From contig JAHLWR010000001.1 of assembly GCA_019057815.1 (NCBI GenBank), positions 32,001-96,000 of the forward strand: a stretch of DNA of 64,000 nucleotides, given 5' to 3'. The notes below the pieces were generated by a model. It was not told where the DNA came from and ran no database searches. It was given only the letters and a program-made list of their open reading frames with translations. This document shows, piece after piece, positions 19,266 to 28,715 of this stretch. The translations under genes were made by a program, and so were the position numbers. The stretch comes from Candidatus Heimdallarchaeota archaeon (GTDB lineage: Archaea; Asgardarchaeota; Heimdallarchaeia; Heimdallarchaeales; Heimdallarchaeaceae). Each line of letters starts with the position of its first letter. Positions within the stretch are counted from its first letter, which is position 1.

Positions 19266-20141
19266 ATGAAAAAGCAGTTTGTTTTTGTTTTACCAATAAT
19301 TATTTTTTTACTATCTTCAACCTTTAGTACAGTACATGTGTCTGCTGATGATGAATTAGGCATTTTCGCAGAAGAAATGACTAAAGACTCAATGTATTTA
19401 TGGTATTTCACAGAATTAGAATTCTCAGGTCTCTGGGATGGCTATGGGATAATTCTCAATGAAAAAACAGTTAAAGAAGGAAACACTATAGGAGTAAAAG
19501 TACTTACAGGAGCTAATGAAACACAAGTTTATAGAGATAATAGTTCCAAAATCAGCTTTGAAACTGATGAACCTATTTTCGAATATTATTTCGAAGATGA
19601 ACTCCTAACAGATAAGAGTCTTGACGACCTTTTGCATCTTTTTACTGTCAACGTTTCCAGTTTAATTCTCCCAATTATTGCACAAAATGGAACGTCACAA
19701 GAATCATGGTTCCAAGGACCTTATGACTTCTTTCATGAAAATTGGGAGATGGTTAATGAAACAGAACAAGATGACTATTATTATCTTCGATACGAAAATG
19801 ATATGGATTTCATTTTAGAATCATCATTTTTCACTATAACTATGAATGAACATTTAGTTTACAAAACCTATGATAATGGGGTGGTAAACGCAACAGGTGA
19901 TGAACTCATAGATCTTGAGTTAAAGTTTAACGTAACAAGTGGGCGTTTCCATAGTTTTCGTTTCACTTATGATGTTGAAGCAGAAGTAGAAGGAGACCAA
20001 CAATCGGGTAGAGTTGTTATTGAAATTGGAGGAGAATATGAATCATCCTTCTTACCCTTTGAATGGGGCTATGGTATAATAGGTCTAGTAATTGCGGGTT
20101 TTGCTGTAATTGTGATAAGGAAAAGAAAAAGAAACAAGTAA
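19266..20141 (+). CDS. Cell-surface protein with C-terminal sorting/anchor signal
   Basis: Signal peptide from ATG 19266 (GGTG upstream). Acidic ectodomain rich in N-x-S/T sequons. C-terminal 'LPFEW', TM segment, RKRKRNK. Confidence 0.8.
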   Translation: MKKQFVFVLPIIIFLLSSTFSTVHVSADDELGIFAEEMTKDSMYLWYFTELEFSGLWDGYGIILNEKTVKEGNTIGVKVLTGANETQVYRDNSSKISFETDEPIFEYYFEDELLTDKSLDDLLHLFTVNVSSLILPIIAQNGTSQESWFQGPYDFFHENWEMVNETEQDDYYYLRYENDMDFILESSFFTITMNEHLVYKTYDNGVVNATGDELIDLELKFNVTSGRFHSFRFTYDVEAEVEGDQQSGRVVIEIGGEYESSFLPFEWGYGIIGLVIAGFAVIVIRKRKRNK

Positions 20142-20332
20142 TTTACTTGGGTTTAGATATTGAACTAAACCATTTTATTCTACCTACTTGCTTATGGCAT
20201 GAACTTTGTACATTTCTTTGTATATTTAATCCTTTAGAAGTACTTATTATATTGAATCCAAATTACAAAATCCATTTTTGTAAGTAGTGAAGTTTTTTAA
20301 ATAATATACCATTATTATTTTAGTGAATAATC

Positions 20333-20713
20333 ATGGAATTTTATGGAACCGCAGATTGGAAAACAGAAAAACATGTACCAGTTATTGAAGTACCGGAAAC
20401 AATTGAAAAAGGAGCTTTAATTTCTGTTAAAGTATCAGTAGGAAAAGAAATAGCTCACCCAAACACTACAATACATCATATCCGATGGATAAAACTGCTG
20501 TTTTGGCCAGAAGAAGAGAAATATCCTTATGAAATTGGAAAAATAGAATTCAGTTCTCACGGAGAATCTATCAAAGGTGCTGATACAAGTACAGTATATA
20601 CAGAACCTTTTGGTAAATTCCGTTTCAAAACAGAAAAATCTGGAAAACTAATAGCTACAAGCTCATGTAACATCCACGGATTATGGAAATCTGAAAAAGA
20701 AATTAAGGTTTGA
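20333..20713 (+). CDS. sor: Superoxide reductase (neelaredoxin / desulfoferrodoxin Fe-binding domain)
   Basis: EKHVP, HPNTTIHHIRWI, CNIHGLW iron ligands. Confidence 0.9.
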   Translation: MEFYGTADWKTEKHVPVIEVPETIEKGALISVKVSVGKEIAHPNTTIHHIRWIKLLFWPEEEKYPYEIGKIEFSSHGESIKGADTSTVYTEPFGKFRFKTEKSGKLIATSSCNIHGLWKSEKEIKV

Positions 20714-20768
20714 AACCTTTAATCCTTCCTTTTTTTCTTTTAGTAAAAATAGAACGTTTTATTTATTC

Positions 20769-22115
20769 ATGAACTACTCCTACCTAAAGGTAGGCGTTTC
20801 TTGATTCATTGAAAAGACTTGTCCACTGATGATTGCCGAAGCAGTAAGAGTGAACAGGGGTCTGTTCTCCACAAGTAAAGAGGTATGTCCCTTACGCCTC
20901 TTCAAAATGTTTATTGAAGCGTTATAGTCACGGTCTAGCTCTAAGCCACAATAAGGACAAGAGTGTGTCCTATCATTTAATGTCTTGGGGACTATCTCTC
21001 CACATCTGGAACATTCTTGAGTAGTGCCTCTAGGAGGAACTTTAACTAGTTCTTTATCAGCGTTTACAGCTTTATAAGCTAAATAGTTGAAGAATATTCC
21101 CCACGAAGCGTCGAGAATGTTACGATGGAGTGTGCGTGACCGCTTGTGTTTCTTATTTCCGTTCTGTGTGAGTCCTTTAATATTCAAGTTTTCCACACAG
21201 ATAATATCATAATTATCTACATAAAAGTTTGAGACTTTATGTAAGAAGTCTTTACGCTGGTCAACAGCTTTAGTGTAGAGTTTAGCCAACTGATATTTGG
21301 CTTTTAACCAATTCTTTGAACCTTGCTTTTTACGACTAAGAGATTTGTGCTTATTTTTAAGTTTCTTTAATTGTCTTTCTATGTTTTTAGGATTCTCTAT
21401 CTCTCGTCCATCCGAATCCACTGCGTAAGAATTTATCCCTACATCTATCCCTACGCTTTTAGAGGTTTTAGGAAGAGATATAGGAGCGTTCTCTACTTGT
21501 ATATTAGCGAACCATCTACCTGTTTGAGAACGTTTGAGTATTATGCCCTTGACTTTGTTTGTACGTATACGATTGTTTAATCCTCTACAATTGATAGTAC
21601 CTATCTTAGAAAAGGTTAGTTTATTTTTGTTTTCATCTATCTTGAATCCACTCTGGTTATAGTTGATAGTCTTGTACCATCCTTTTCCTTTGAAACGTAA
21701 GTGACCGATCTTATGTCCATTCTTCTTTAATTGTGCTAGACTTTTGATATTTGTCCATAGAGTGTAATTGACCATCTGTAAAACTTTAGAATATACCCCT
21801 TTCAATTCAGGCATAGAACTGTTTTTTAGCCCCACGATAAAAGATTGAGTTTTGATTTGTGTGAGTTTTTCTCCCTTCTCTCACGCTTTTTTGCGCTCTT
21901 CTAATAGCTTATTATAGAGTTTTCTGCAAATATCCAACTGTTCAATGAGTGTGGCTTGTTGCTGTTTATTAGGGTACAGTTGCACTTTGTAGGTTAACAT
22001 CAGTTCATTTCCTTATTTCCTTAGTACTTTTTTCACTATAAAAAGACGAGTATATGCTAAAGTGATGTTTCTATCGCATTCATCCCCACCTAAAGTTAGG
22101 GGATTTCTGCTATGC
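20769..22115 (-). mobile_element. Non-autonomous IS200/IS605-family (IS1341-like) element, tnpB only
   Basis: Left-end hairpin (minus strand) AATCCCCTAACTTTAGGTGGGGATGAATGCG, preceded by TTGAG. Right-end hairpin CCTACCTTTAGGTAGGAGTAGTTCAT. No tnpA. Ends are accurate to within a few bp. Confidence 0.85.
20780..22000 (-). pseudogene. tnpB: TnpB RNA-guided nuclease with in-frame TGA at codon 40
   Basis: ATG 22000 reads MLTYKVQLYPN...ERKKA*EKGE and continues in frame into ORF 20780..21835. RuvC motifs GIDVG, VENL and DRDYNAS and the Zn ribbon CSRC/CPYC are intact. Confidence 0.9.
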
Positions 22116-22122
22116 TCAATAT

Positions 22123-22533
22123 TTAAAAGTCTTCAGCAGTAGCAGATTCTTCTTTTTTCTTCACTACTTCAGCTGCATCTGCTTCTTTTTGTGCTTCCTG
22201 AACTTTTTGCTCTCTTTTGTTTAACTCTTGTTCTTTATCTGCAATTTTTACTTCAAGTTCGCGTATTTTAAGTTCTTTCTCAGCAATTGAAGCTTCTATT
22301 TTCTTAACAGCAACTTCTAGCTTAAAGGCTTTATCTGGTCGCCCTTTTTCTTTTTCTTCTGCAGCTTTCATTAGTTTTTCTTCAATTGACTTGTAATCCT
22401 TGAAACTCTTCTTATGTTGAGATGCGACTTTTTTCCTAAGATCTTGGATGTCTTTAAGAGTGTCATAAATATCCATTTCCAAATCATATTGCTCTTCACG
22501 CAATTCATAATACTTCTTTCCTTCTTCACTCAT
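22123..22533 (-). CDS. Coiled-coil hypothetical protein
   Basis: E/K-rich heptad pattern, 136 aa. Confidence 0.7.
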   Translation of the reverse strand: MSEEGKKYYELREEQYDLEMDIYDTLKDIQDLRKKVASQHKKSFKDYKSIEEKLMKAAEEKEKGRPDKAFKLEVAVKKIEASIAEKELKIRELEVKIADKEQELNKREQKVQEAQKEADAAEVVKKKEESATAEDF

Positions 22534-22606
22534 TTAGATCACAAATTCTAATGCATATTTGCTATATTAAATCTATTTGTTTGTAGATTATTTAGCTTTT
22601 CAGAAT

Positions 22607-23173
22607 TCAGAAAAGGAAAGTATCACTTAATTCGATAAAAGGAGTAAACAATAGATGTATTTTGTCTCTTAATAGATATAAAATTATAGAACCTATAATT
22701 CCAGCTATTGATCCCCCCAAAATATCCAAGAAATAGTGAGCTTTTATAATTATCCGTCCATAACCTACTAGAATAGCCCAAATAAGGATTATCCAGCCTA
22801 TCTTTGGGAAAAGAAGCATTATCATAGTAGCTGAACAAGCCATTCTACCCGCATGACCACTTGGAAAACTCCAAATATCTAGTTTACTCACATATTTACT
22901 CTGTACTTCTTTGGATGGTCTTTTCCTTCTAATGATTCGTTTAAGTATCTGAATGACCAAACCAACAACAGCTATAGCGGTTATTTGTAACAAATTTTCA
23001 AATCTAGGGAATATTATGTCAAAGATATAACATATTAAACTGAAAGCTAGCCAAGGTAAGAAATCTCCTGATTTTGCAAAAAAACCTGCAAATTTATGAT
23101 TCATGAGGTCTGTATCAACAATACGCTGAGTAAGAGTCTGATCCCATGTTCCTAACTTGCTCAACGTTGACAT
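22607..23173 (-). CDS. PAP2-family membrane phosphatase
   Basis: KxxxxRxRP, SFPSGH, GRxxxxxHYxxD motifs. Confidence 0.9.
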   Translation of the reverse strand: MSTLSKLGTWDQTLTQRIVDTDLMNHKFAGFFAKSGDFLPWLAFSLICYIFDIIFPRFENLLQITAIAVVGLVIQILKRIIRRKRPSKEVQSKYVSKLDIWSFPSGHAGRMACSATMIMLLFPKIGWIILIWAILVGYGRIIIKAHYFLDILGGSIAGIIGSIILYLLRDKIHLLFTPFIELSDTFLF

Positions 23174-23371
23174 TGTAAGTAGTAATAAGAATCAAACCCT
23201 AATGAATATAATGTTAGTTGAAATTTACTTAAAGAATAGAAAATTTAGAGAAAAAAGGATTTATGTTCTTTTCTTCACTTTTTCTAATAACAGAAAAGAA
23301 AAATTTAAGAAGTAAGGTAAACGAAAAAAGATTGTAGGAGCAATGAGGGAAACCTTGATGCACCAAAAAGT

Positions 23372-23492
23372 CGGGCCTTAGCTCAGCGGCAAGAGCGGGC
23401 GGCTGTAGAGTAAATCGCACTTGTGAATAGTGATCAAGGTGTCAGTCGCAAAAACCGTCAGGTCCCGCGTTCAAATCGCGGAGGCCCGACCA
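23372..23492 (+). tRNA. trnY: tRNA-Tyr(GTA) with 45-nt intron at 37/38 (23409-23453) and encoded CCA
   Basis: Acceptor CGGGCCT/AGGCCCG with A73 and CCA (C1:G72, A73 = archaeal/eukaryal Tyr identity). D arm GCTC/GAGC. Anticodon stem GGCGG/CCGTC around CT-GTA-G. T arm CCGCG-TTCAAAT-CGCGG. Confidence 0.95.
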
Positions 23493-23775
23493 AATATTTC
23501 TAATTTTCTTTTTACTTCCTAAAAAACTATGAAGATAACATAATTCTAATTTTGGTAAATGTTACTATTTTAATAGATTATAATTAAATTAATAATTAGA
23601 ATATAATTTCTGAGTGTAACATTTTGTTAAGAGGTAATAGGATACTGCTGAAGAATATTATCAAAACTATTTCAAAAGTAATCATTCACAATCTTATTGT
23701 CGCATTGTAATAAATCCAAAAAGCGCTAAATTCAAGAAAAAACACTCAAAACATCTAAGGAAGCCAAATCTCAAA

Positions 23776-24534
23776 TTATATTTTTCTACCCACAGCTGTA
23801 AAAATAGGAATAAAAATCATCCTTGTGTTTTTCTTTATCATTTCCTTTTCCGTTCTTATAATTTCAGTAAATTCCTTTTCAGATATTTGTGAAGTTTCTA
23901 ACACTCTCCGCCATTCTTCTTCTATATTTTCAGTTAAGTGTTTCTTACTCCAAGTCTGAGCCACTACAGATACTGAAGTTTCTAAGTTTGCTGACTGGAA
24001 TAAATCCAACAATTGTCTACCCATAAACGGATTTGCACCTTGCTTTTTAAGACTCTCAACATGATACTTACCTAAGCTTAGTTCAGGATTTTCTATCCAT
24101 CCGCCATAATCAGGTTCTGCTAAAGCGATAACATATCCTCCTTTTTTACAAACTCTTACCATTTCATGAAGAACATCACTGGGTTTTGGGAGCCATAAGA
24201 AGAAATAATGGGAGAACACTATATCATAAGAAGCAGGCTTAATTTTCATAGACTTCGCATTTTCTACTAAAAAATCTACATTTTCAACCATAATTTTGGC
24301 TTTTTCAATCATCAATGGATCAGAATCTATTGCAGTAATTTTTGCAGAACATTTTTTTCTAATTTCTTTGGTTACAACTCCAGTGCCACATCCTACTTCT
24401 AGTATTCTCTTTGCGTTTAGCAATCCTATCTGGCGATAGATGTTGTTTCTGAAACCTTTTGTCCATTGAGCTTGACGCTTGAACTGTCTATCAAAAACAT
24501 CATATTCATTGTCTTTAAGATCTTTACTACTCAT
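23776..24534 (-). CDS. Class I SAM-dependent methyltransferase
   Basis: ILEVGCGTG motif, 'EMVRVCKKGG...EPDY'. Lies 37 bp downstream of the radical SAM gene with a GGTGA RBS. Confidence 0.9.
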   Translation of the reverse strand: MSSKDLKDNEYDVFDRQFKRQAQWTKGFRNNIYRQIGLLNAKRILEVGCGTGVVTKEIRKKCSAKITAIDSDPLMIEKAKIMVENVDFLVENAKSMKIKPASYDIVFSHYFFLWLPKPSDVLHEMVRVCKKGGYVIALAEPDYGGWIENPELSLGKYHVESLKKQGANPFMGRQLLDLFQSANLETSVSVVAQTWSKKHLTENIEEEWRRVLETSQISEKEFTEIIRTEKEMIKKNTRMIFIPIFTAVGRKI

Positions 24535-24571
24535 TTAGTTCACCCAAAAAGAGAGGATGGTGTTTTAGTTT

Positions 24572-25876
24572 CTATGAAAAGGCGTTTTTACATACGTTTC
24601 CAGGGGTTATATAATTGAGAGGACAACCTCCTCCACACAACTCTCGTTCAGGACATTCAGTACATTCTTGAGGAAGATACTTCATGTTACGAAGATGTTT
24701 TGCTAGCTTATGGTTCCAGATTTTCTTCCACCTCGTTGTTAGAATGTTACCTAGGGGTTCGAAGTAACTCTGACATGGGATAACCATTCCATCTGGTTCA
24801 ATAGCCATTGCTATATGAGCAGCTGAACACTGTTTCATTCCCAAGTTCTTCTCTATTGGATTGAAATCACAATATCTTGTTGGAGAGTACCAGAGGAAAC
24901 CCATTTTAAGCTCTTCAGCCTTGTTCATCACAAGATTTAGAGTATCATCCAGTTGTTCGATAGAGAGAGATAAAGCTGGATTTTTCCCACCACCAGATTT
25001 TATTATGGCGTTTGCAGCAAATTTTTCTATTCCAAGTGAAGCTAAAAAGGAAATTGTTTCTTCAACTCCTTCAATATTATGTGGTGTTAAAGTTGTATTT
25101 GTCATAATATAGACAGGTGTTGGTATAACATTCTTTATCCCTTCAACGGTTTCCTTCCAAGCTCCTTCTACTCCCGATAATTTATCATGGGTTTTTTCAT
25201 CATAACTCTCTATTGTTACTTGAAAATGATCAATTCCTGCTGTTACTAGACTTTCAACTAGTTTTTTATCTTTCAGCTTTCTTCCATTAGTGATTATTCC
25301 AGTAACTATCCCTAAATCTTCAGCATGTTCTACTAGCTCTGTTAAATCATCTCGAAGTGTTGGTTCTCCTCCTGTAAAAGTCACATGAGGTATACCTATC
25401 TCCCATAATCTATCTAGAACTCTTTTCCACTCTTCTGTACTTAACTCTTTGATTTCTCTATTAGTTTCAACATAGCATTTTGTGCACTTGTTATTACATC
25501 TGTAAGTTAAAGCTAAATCTACTCGAAGTGGAGCTGAAAAAGGTGCTTCTTGTAAAGGTGAAATATCTTGCGAGAGATCTTGAACTGGGTCTATATCTGG
25601 TTCAGCCATTAACTCTTGTATTGATGTTCTTAGGTCATCCAAATCGTCAATAAGTTGCTGTTCTGTAACTTTGTATTTCTTCTTCAATTCTCTAATTATT
25701 TCATCGTCACCTTTTCCTTCTATTATTCTAGAGACGATTTCCGTTGCTGTCTTATTAAGATAGAAGATTCTTGTAGCATTAATTATAAGAATACCTTCAC
25801 CTTTTTTCTCTTTTCTGAGATGCATTCTACCAAAAGTTTCTGTATCTCGAAAATGATAAATTTTTGTTGACTTCAT
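24572..25876 (-). CDS. PqqD/RRE - radical SAM - SPASM peptide maturase
   Basis: True start ATG 25876 (TAATG overlap with the upstream stop). RRE-like 'YLNKTATEIVSRIIEGKGDDEIIRELKKKYKV...DDL'. CNNKCTKC, TGGEP. SPASM CSAA...PDG..IPC...GNI...CTEC.....CGGGCP. Confidence 0.92.
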   Translation of the reverse strand: MKSTKIYHFRDTETFGRMHLRKEKKGEGILIINATRIFYLNKTATEIVSRIIEGKGDDEIIRELKKKYKVTEQQLIDDLDDLRTSIQELMAEPDIDPVQDLSQDISPLQEAPFSAPLRVDLALTYRCNNKCTKCYVETNREIKELSTEEWKRVLDRLWEIGIPHVTFTGGEPTLRDDLTELVEHAEDLGIVTGIITNGRKLKDKKLVESLVTAGIDHFQVTIESYDEKTHDKLSGVEGAWKETVEGIKNVIPTPVYIMTNTTLTPHNIEGVEETISFLASLGIEKFAANAIIKSGGGKNPALSLSIEQLDDTLNLVMNKAEELKMGFLWYSPTRYCDFNPIEKNLGMKQCSAAHIAMAIEPDGMVIPCQSYFEPLGNILTTRWKKIWNHKLAKHLRNMKYLPQECTECPERELCGGGCPLNYITPGNVCKNAFS

Positions 25877-27651
25877 TATCTTCCACCTCCGGCACACGCG
25901 CATGCACAAGCGCAAGCACAAGCACATCCTCCTCCACCGCCACCTGACCGTCCTCCAGATGTTCTTGTTGGCGCTGGCCTTGTTACTCTCTGAATTGATC
26001 GATGTAGTGACCTAGGTTTTCGAATTAATCCCGAACTAAAACTTGACACAGGGGCTATTGGTCTGATATTTCCATGGGGTTTAATTCTTCTAAATAACCT
26101 TGTGCTTGTTGGTATATAGCTAGTATTTCCTGAATAGTAGTAATAATTTACAATGTACCAGTTAGGATAGTAATAACTGCCATAATACCGATCGAAATTT
26201 TCTTCATAACCTTCGTCTACCATTACCCATAAGAACGCATCTTTCAGTTCTGGTTTAGACTTACTTAAATCTTGCCAAGATTTTTCTACAATATCTTCAT
26301 AATAATTTTTTGTTCTTCTAAGCGAGAATCCTTTCATTTTTTTGGATACATTTTTAATATGTGCCAGCAATGCTGCTTCCAGTTCCTTTTGATGTACAGG
26401 TTCGGTTGCTATACTTCCTGACATTTCTCCTTTACTAATTTTCACCGTTTCTTTATTTCTTCGTTCAATCCCTTTGATTATTTGCGTTTGACTAATGGTC
26501 ATTGTTTTTACTTTCTTGTTAACTTGTAACCTAAATGGAGATTTTTGTTTGATTGAAATATAACCCTTTTCCATCATTTCAAATAGAATAAGAGTTGCTA
26601 CTTGAGCCAACGGTCTCTCCATTACAATAGCTGCTTCTGAAGGAGTAAGGTTTTCTCTTACTCCACCTCCAAGGGAGTTAATTGATGGAGGAAGATATTT
26701 TCTAGCTTTTCTTCTTTTATTCCATAAAGAGAAAATGACTATAAAAATTATTATTGCACCAAGTGCAATTACGTACCTTTTTTCATATAATGTTAGTTTC
26801 CAAAATACTGAATGTACTTTTACATATGTATCAGGAAAAGCTATTCCAACAAAATATCCTTCATCAGGATATCCATCTATCAGGCTAAACTCTATATATG
26901 ACCCTAATGTAGTGAAATCATATACATTGAAATCACCAGAAGTTGTAAGTCTTTCTTCAACAACAGATAAGTCAATATATTCCCCAGGAAGAAAGATTCG
27001 TACAGTTCGATTTGTTGTTCCGCTCGTAAAAGAAGAGCTAAACCATGTTTGATCAAATAATAGAGATGCATATCCTTCATTCTCATCTGGAAAAATCATT
27101 GCAGGATTATGACAATATACTACTAAAACAGCTGTATGTTCAGGTAAAATAGCGTGCTCTTCTAGATATATTTCAGGACCGATTTCAATATATGTACTCT
27201 TTTGAATGTTAAATATTTCAATGCCATCTATCCATGCACGAACTGAATTTATCTTATAGTTATGATTGGGAATACCAATATCCACTATGTCGATTGGATC
27301 CGCTCCAACTAGATTCTTGAAGACAATTGTGTAGTAAATATCTATGGAACCATCTTTTAAAACAGTAATATTAGTAGTCATTGTAGGGACTTCAAAATTG
27401 TATGATTGAACAGTTGATTCATTGCTTTCAGGAATTGTAATTTCAGCAACAGCTGAACTACAAAGTAAAATTCCTATAACTAAAAGAACAAAACTTAGTG
27501 AAACTACTTTTGGAAACCTTATTTTAGACACCTTTCTTACATTTATCTTACTGCTTTTTAAATTTTCTAGCAACGTCCATCTTCTGTACTTCACTTGATT
27601 ATCTATTATATCAATAGCGAAAACAAGATTTGTTCTAATGTTAGAGTACAT
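25876..27651 (-). CDS. DUF2207-like secreted/membrane protein with C-terminal G6-(CA)6-GGGR tail
   Basis: Signal peptide, beta ectodomain ('ITVLKDGSIDIYYTIVF'), one TM, 'LTPSEAAIV...ATLILFEMMEKGYI', Gly-rich tail ending CACACACACACAGGGR. The true start is probably downstream of 27651. Confidence 0.8.
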   Translation of the reverse strand: MYSNIRTNLVFAIDIIDNQVKYRRWTLLENLKSSKINVRKVSKIRFPKVVSLSFVLLVIGILLCSSAVAEITIPESNESTVQSYNFEVPTMTTNITVLKDGSIDIYYTIVFKNLVGADPIDIVDIGIPNHNYKINSVRAWIDGIEIFNIQKSTYIEIGPEIYLEEHAILPEHTAVLVVYCHNPAMIFPDENEGYASLLFDQTWFSSSFTSGTTNRTVRIFLPGEYIDLSVVEERLTTSGDFNVYDFTTLGSYIEFSLIDGYPDEGYFVGIAFPDTYVKVHSVFWKLTLYEKRYVIALGAIIIFIVIFSLWNKRRKARKYLPPSINSLGGGVRENLTPSEAAIVMERPLAQVATLILFEMMEKGYISIKQKSPFRLQVNKKVKTMTISQTQIIKGIERRNKETVKISKGEMSGSIATEPVHQKELEAALLAHIKNVSKKMKGFSLRRTKNYYEDIVEKSWQDLSKSKPELKDAFLWVMVDEGYEENFDRYYGSYYYPNWYIVNYYYYSGNTSYIPTSTRLFRRIKPHGNIRPIAPVSSFSSGLIRKPRSLHRSIQRVTRPAPTRTSGGRSGGGGGGCACACACACACAGGGR

Positions 27652-27696
27652 ATCATTAATAGAGTTTTACTCAAAAACCTAATCAAGAGATAAATA

Positions 27697-28617
27697 CTAA
27701 ATTTTTGTTTTAATTGTCCTTTCTCCTTTAATCATCTTACTTTTTCTTTTTTGCTTTGGTTTAGGTTTAGGTTTTATACCGAAAACTATCCGTTCTTTTG
27801 ATTTATCTATTGTAATAGTTACTTTTAGACCGCTTTTTTTTGTTCTTTTATCCCATTTGTATTTCAGAAGGTCTAAATATTCATCCTCAGTCATTTTGTT
27901 GAAATCAGAAATCTGTTCTAACGCTTTTAAATCTTTAAACCTATCAAAAATGATTTCATATTCATTATCCTTTTTCATTATTACTCCCTTCCAACCAGTT
28001 ACATTTGATCCTATTACTGCTATATATGCTGCTATTTTGAAGGAACCTTCTAGAAAACCAAATAACTGATCTACTTTCTCATTGAACTCATCAGAATCAT
28101 CAAAAAACGCCTTAGCTTTCTGTTTTCCTTGTTCTTTCTTGATTTTAGTATAAATTTTATTAATTGTTTTTATCTTCTCATAATTTTGAAGATGTTCTTT
28201 CATGTTTATATCTAAACGAGGAATTTCAGTTCTTTTTCTTTGTGTTTCTTCATAAATTGGGATAGTCATTGTATTTATACTTTCAATAACAAGCCTTTGA
28301 GCTTCTCCTTTTGGTTGAACCAATGTCCATGTAATATCACTTGTTTCCGTTGGAGAAATACGCGTTGATGAATGCATGCGTATTTTTCCGTTTCGAAGTT
28401 TTTTAACAAATCTGGGATAAACTCTAAATCTAGTAGTGCTTTGTTTAAAATTAGAAATCAACATACTCAAGTATGCTAGAATAACGCCCATTATCCCCTC
28501 ACCTCCAACTATTTCCTCTAGAGCCCAAGTTTTGTTATTATTAATTACTGATTCTAAATTAATTAGAAGATAATTAATCATTTCTTGTTCTTCTTCATTT
28601 ACATTTACATATTGCAT
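27697..28617 (-). CDS. Hypothetical protein with basic C-terminus
   Basis: 306-aa ORF with no motif recognised. Confidence 0.65.
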   Translation of the reverse strand: MQYVNVNEEEQEMINYLLINLESVINNNKTWALEEIVGGEGIMGVILAYLSMLISNFKQSTTRFRVYPRFVKKLRNGKIRMHSSTRISPTETSDITWTLVQPKGEAQRLVIESINTMTIPIYEETQRKRTEIPRLDINMKEHLQNYEKIKTINKIYTKIKKEQGKQKAKAFFDDSDEFNEKVDQLFGFLEGSFKIAAYIAVIGSNVTGWKGVIMKKDNEYEIIFDRFKDLKALEQISDFNKMTEDEYLDLLKYKWDKRTKKSGLKVTITIDKSKERIVFGIKPKPKPKQKRKSKMIKGERTIKTKI

Positions 28618-28715
28618 CCAACCACTACCTTTCGATACTACTTAACTATATTATGCTTAATTATTTTTGCTGATGTTGATTTTGAGAAAAAAATCAACCC
28701 ATATATCGTATTTAA

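Noticed and set aside
21881-21883. Selenocysteine read-through of the TGA in tnpB
   Set aside because: The position is not a Cys/redox site and no SECIS was recognised. A TGG-to-TGA mutation is simpler.
25877-25927. Cys-rich N-terminal extension MCLCLRLCMRVCRRW on the radical SAM ORF, as a fused precursor peptide
   Set aside because: It is the alternative-frame reading of the upstream gene's (CA)6 tail. The TAATG stop/start overlap at 25874-25878 marks the real start.
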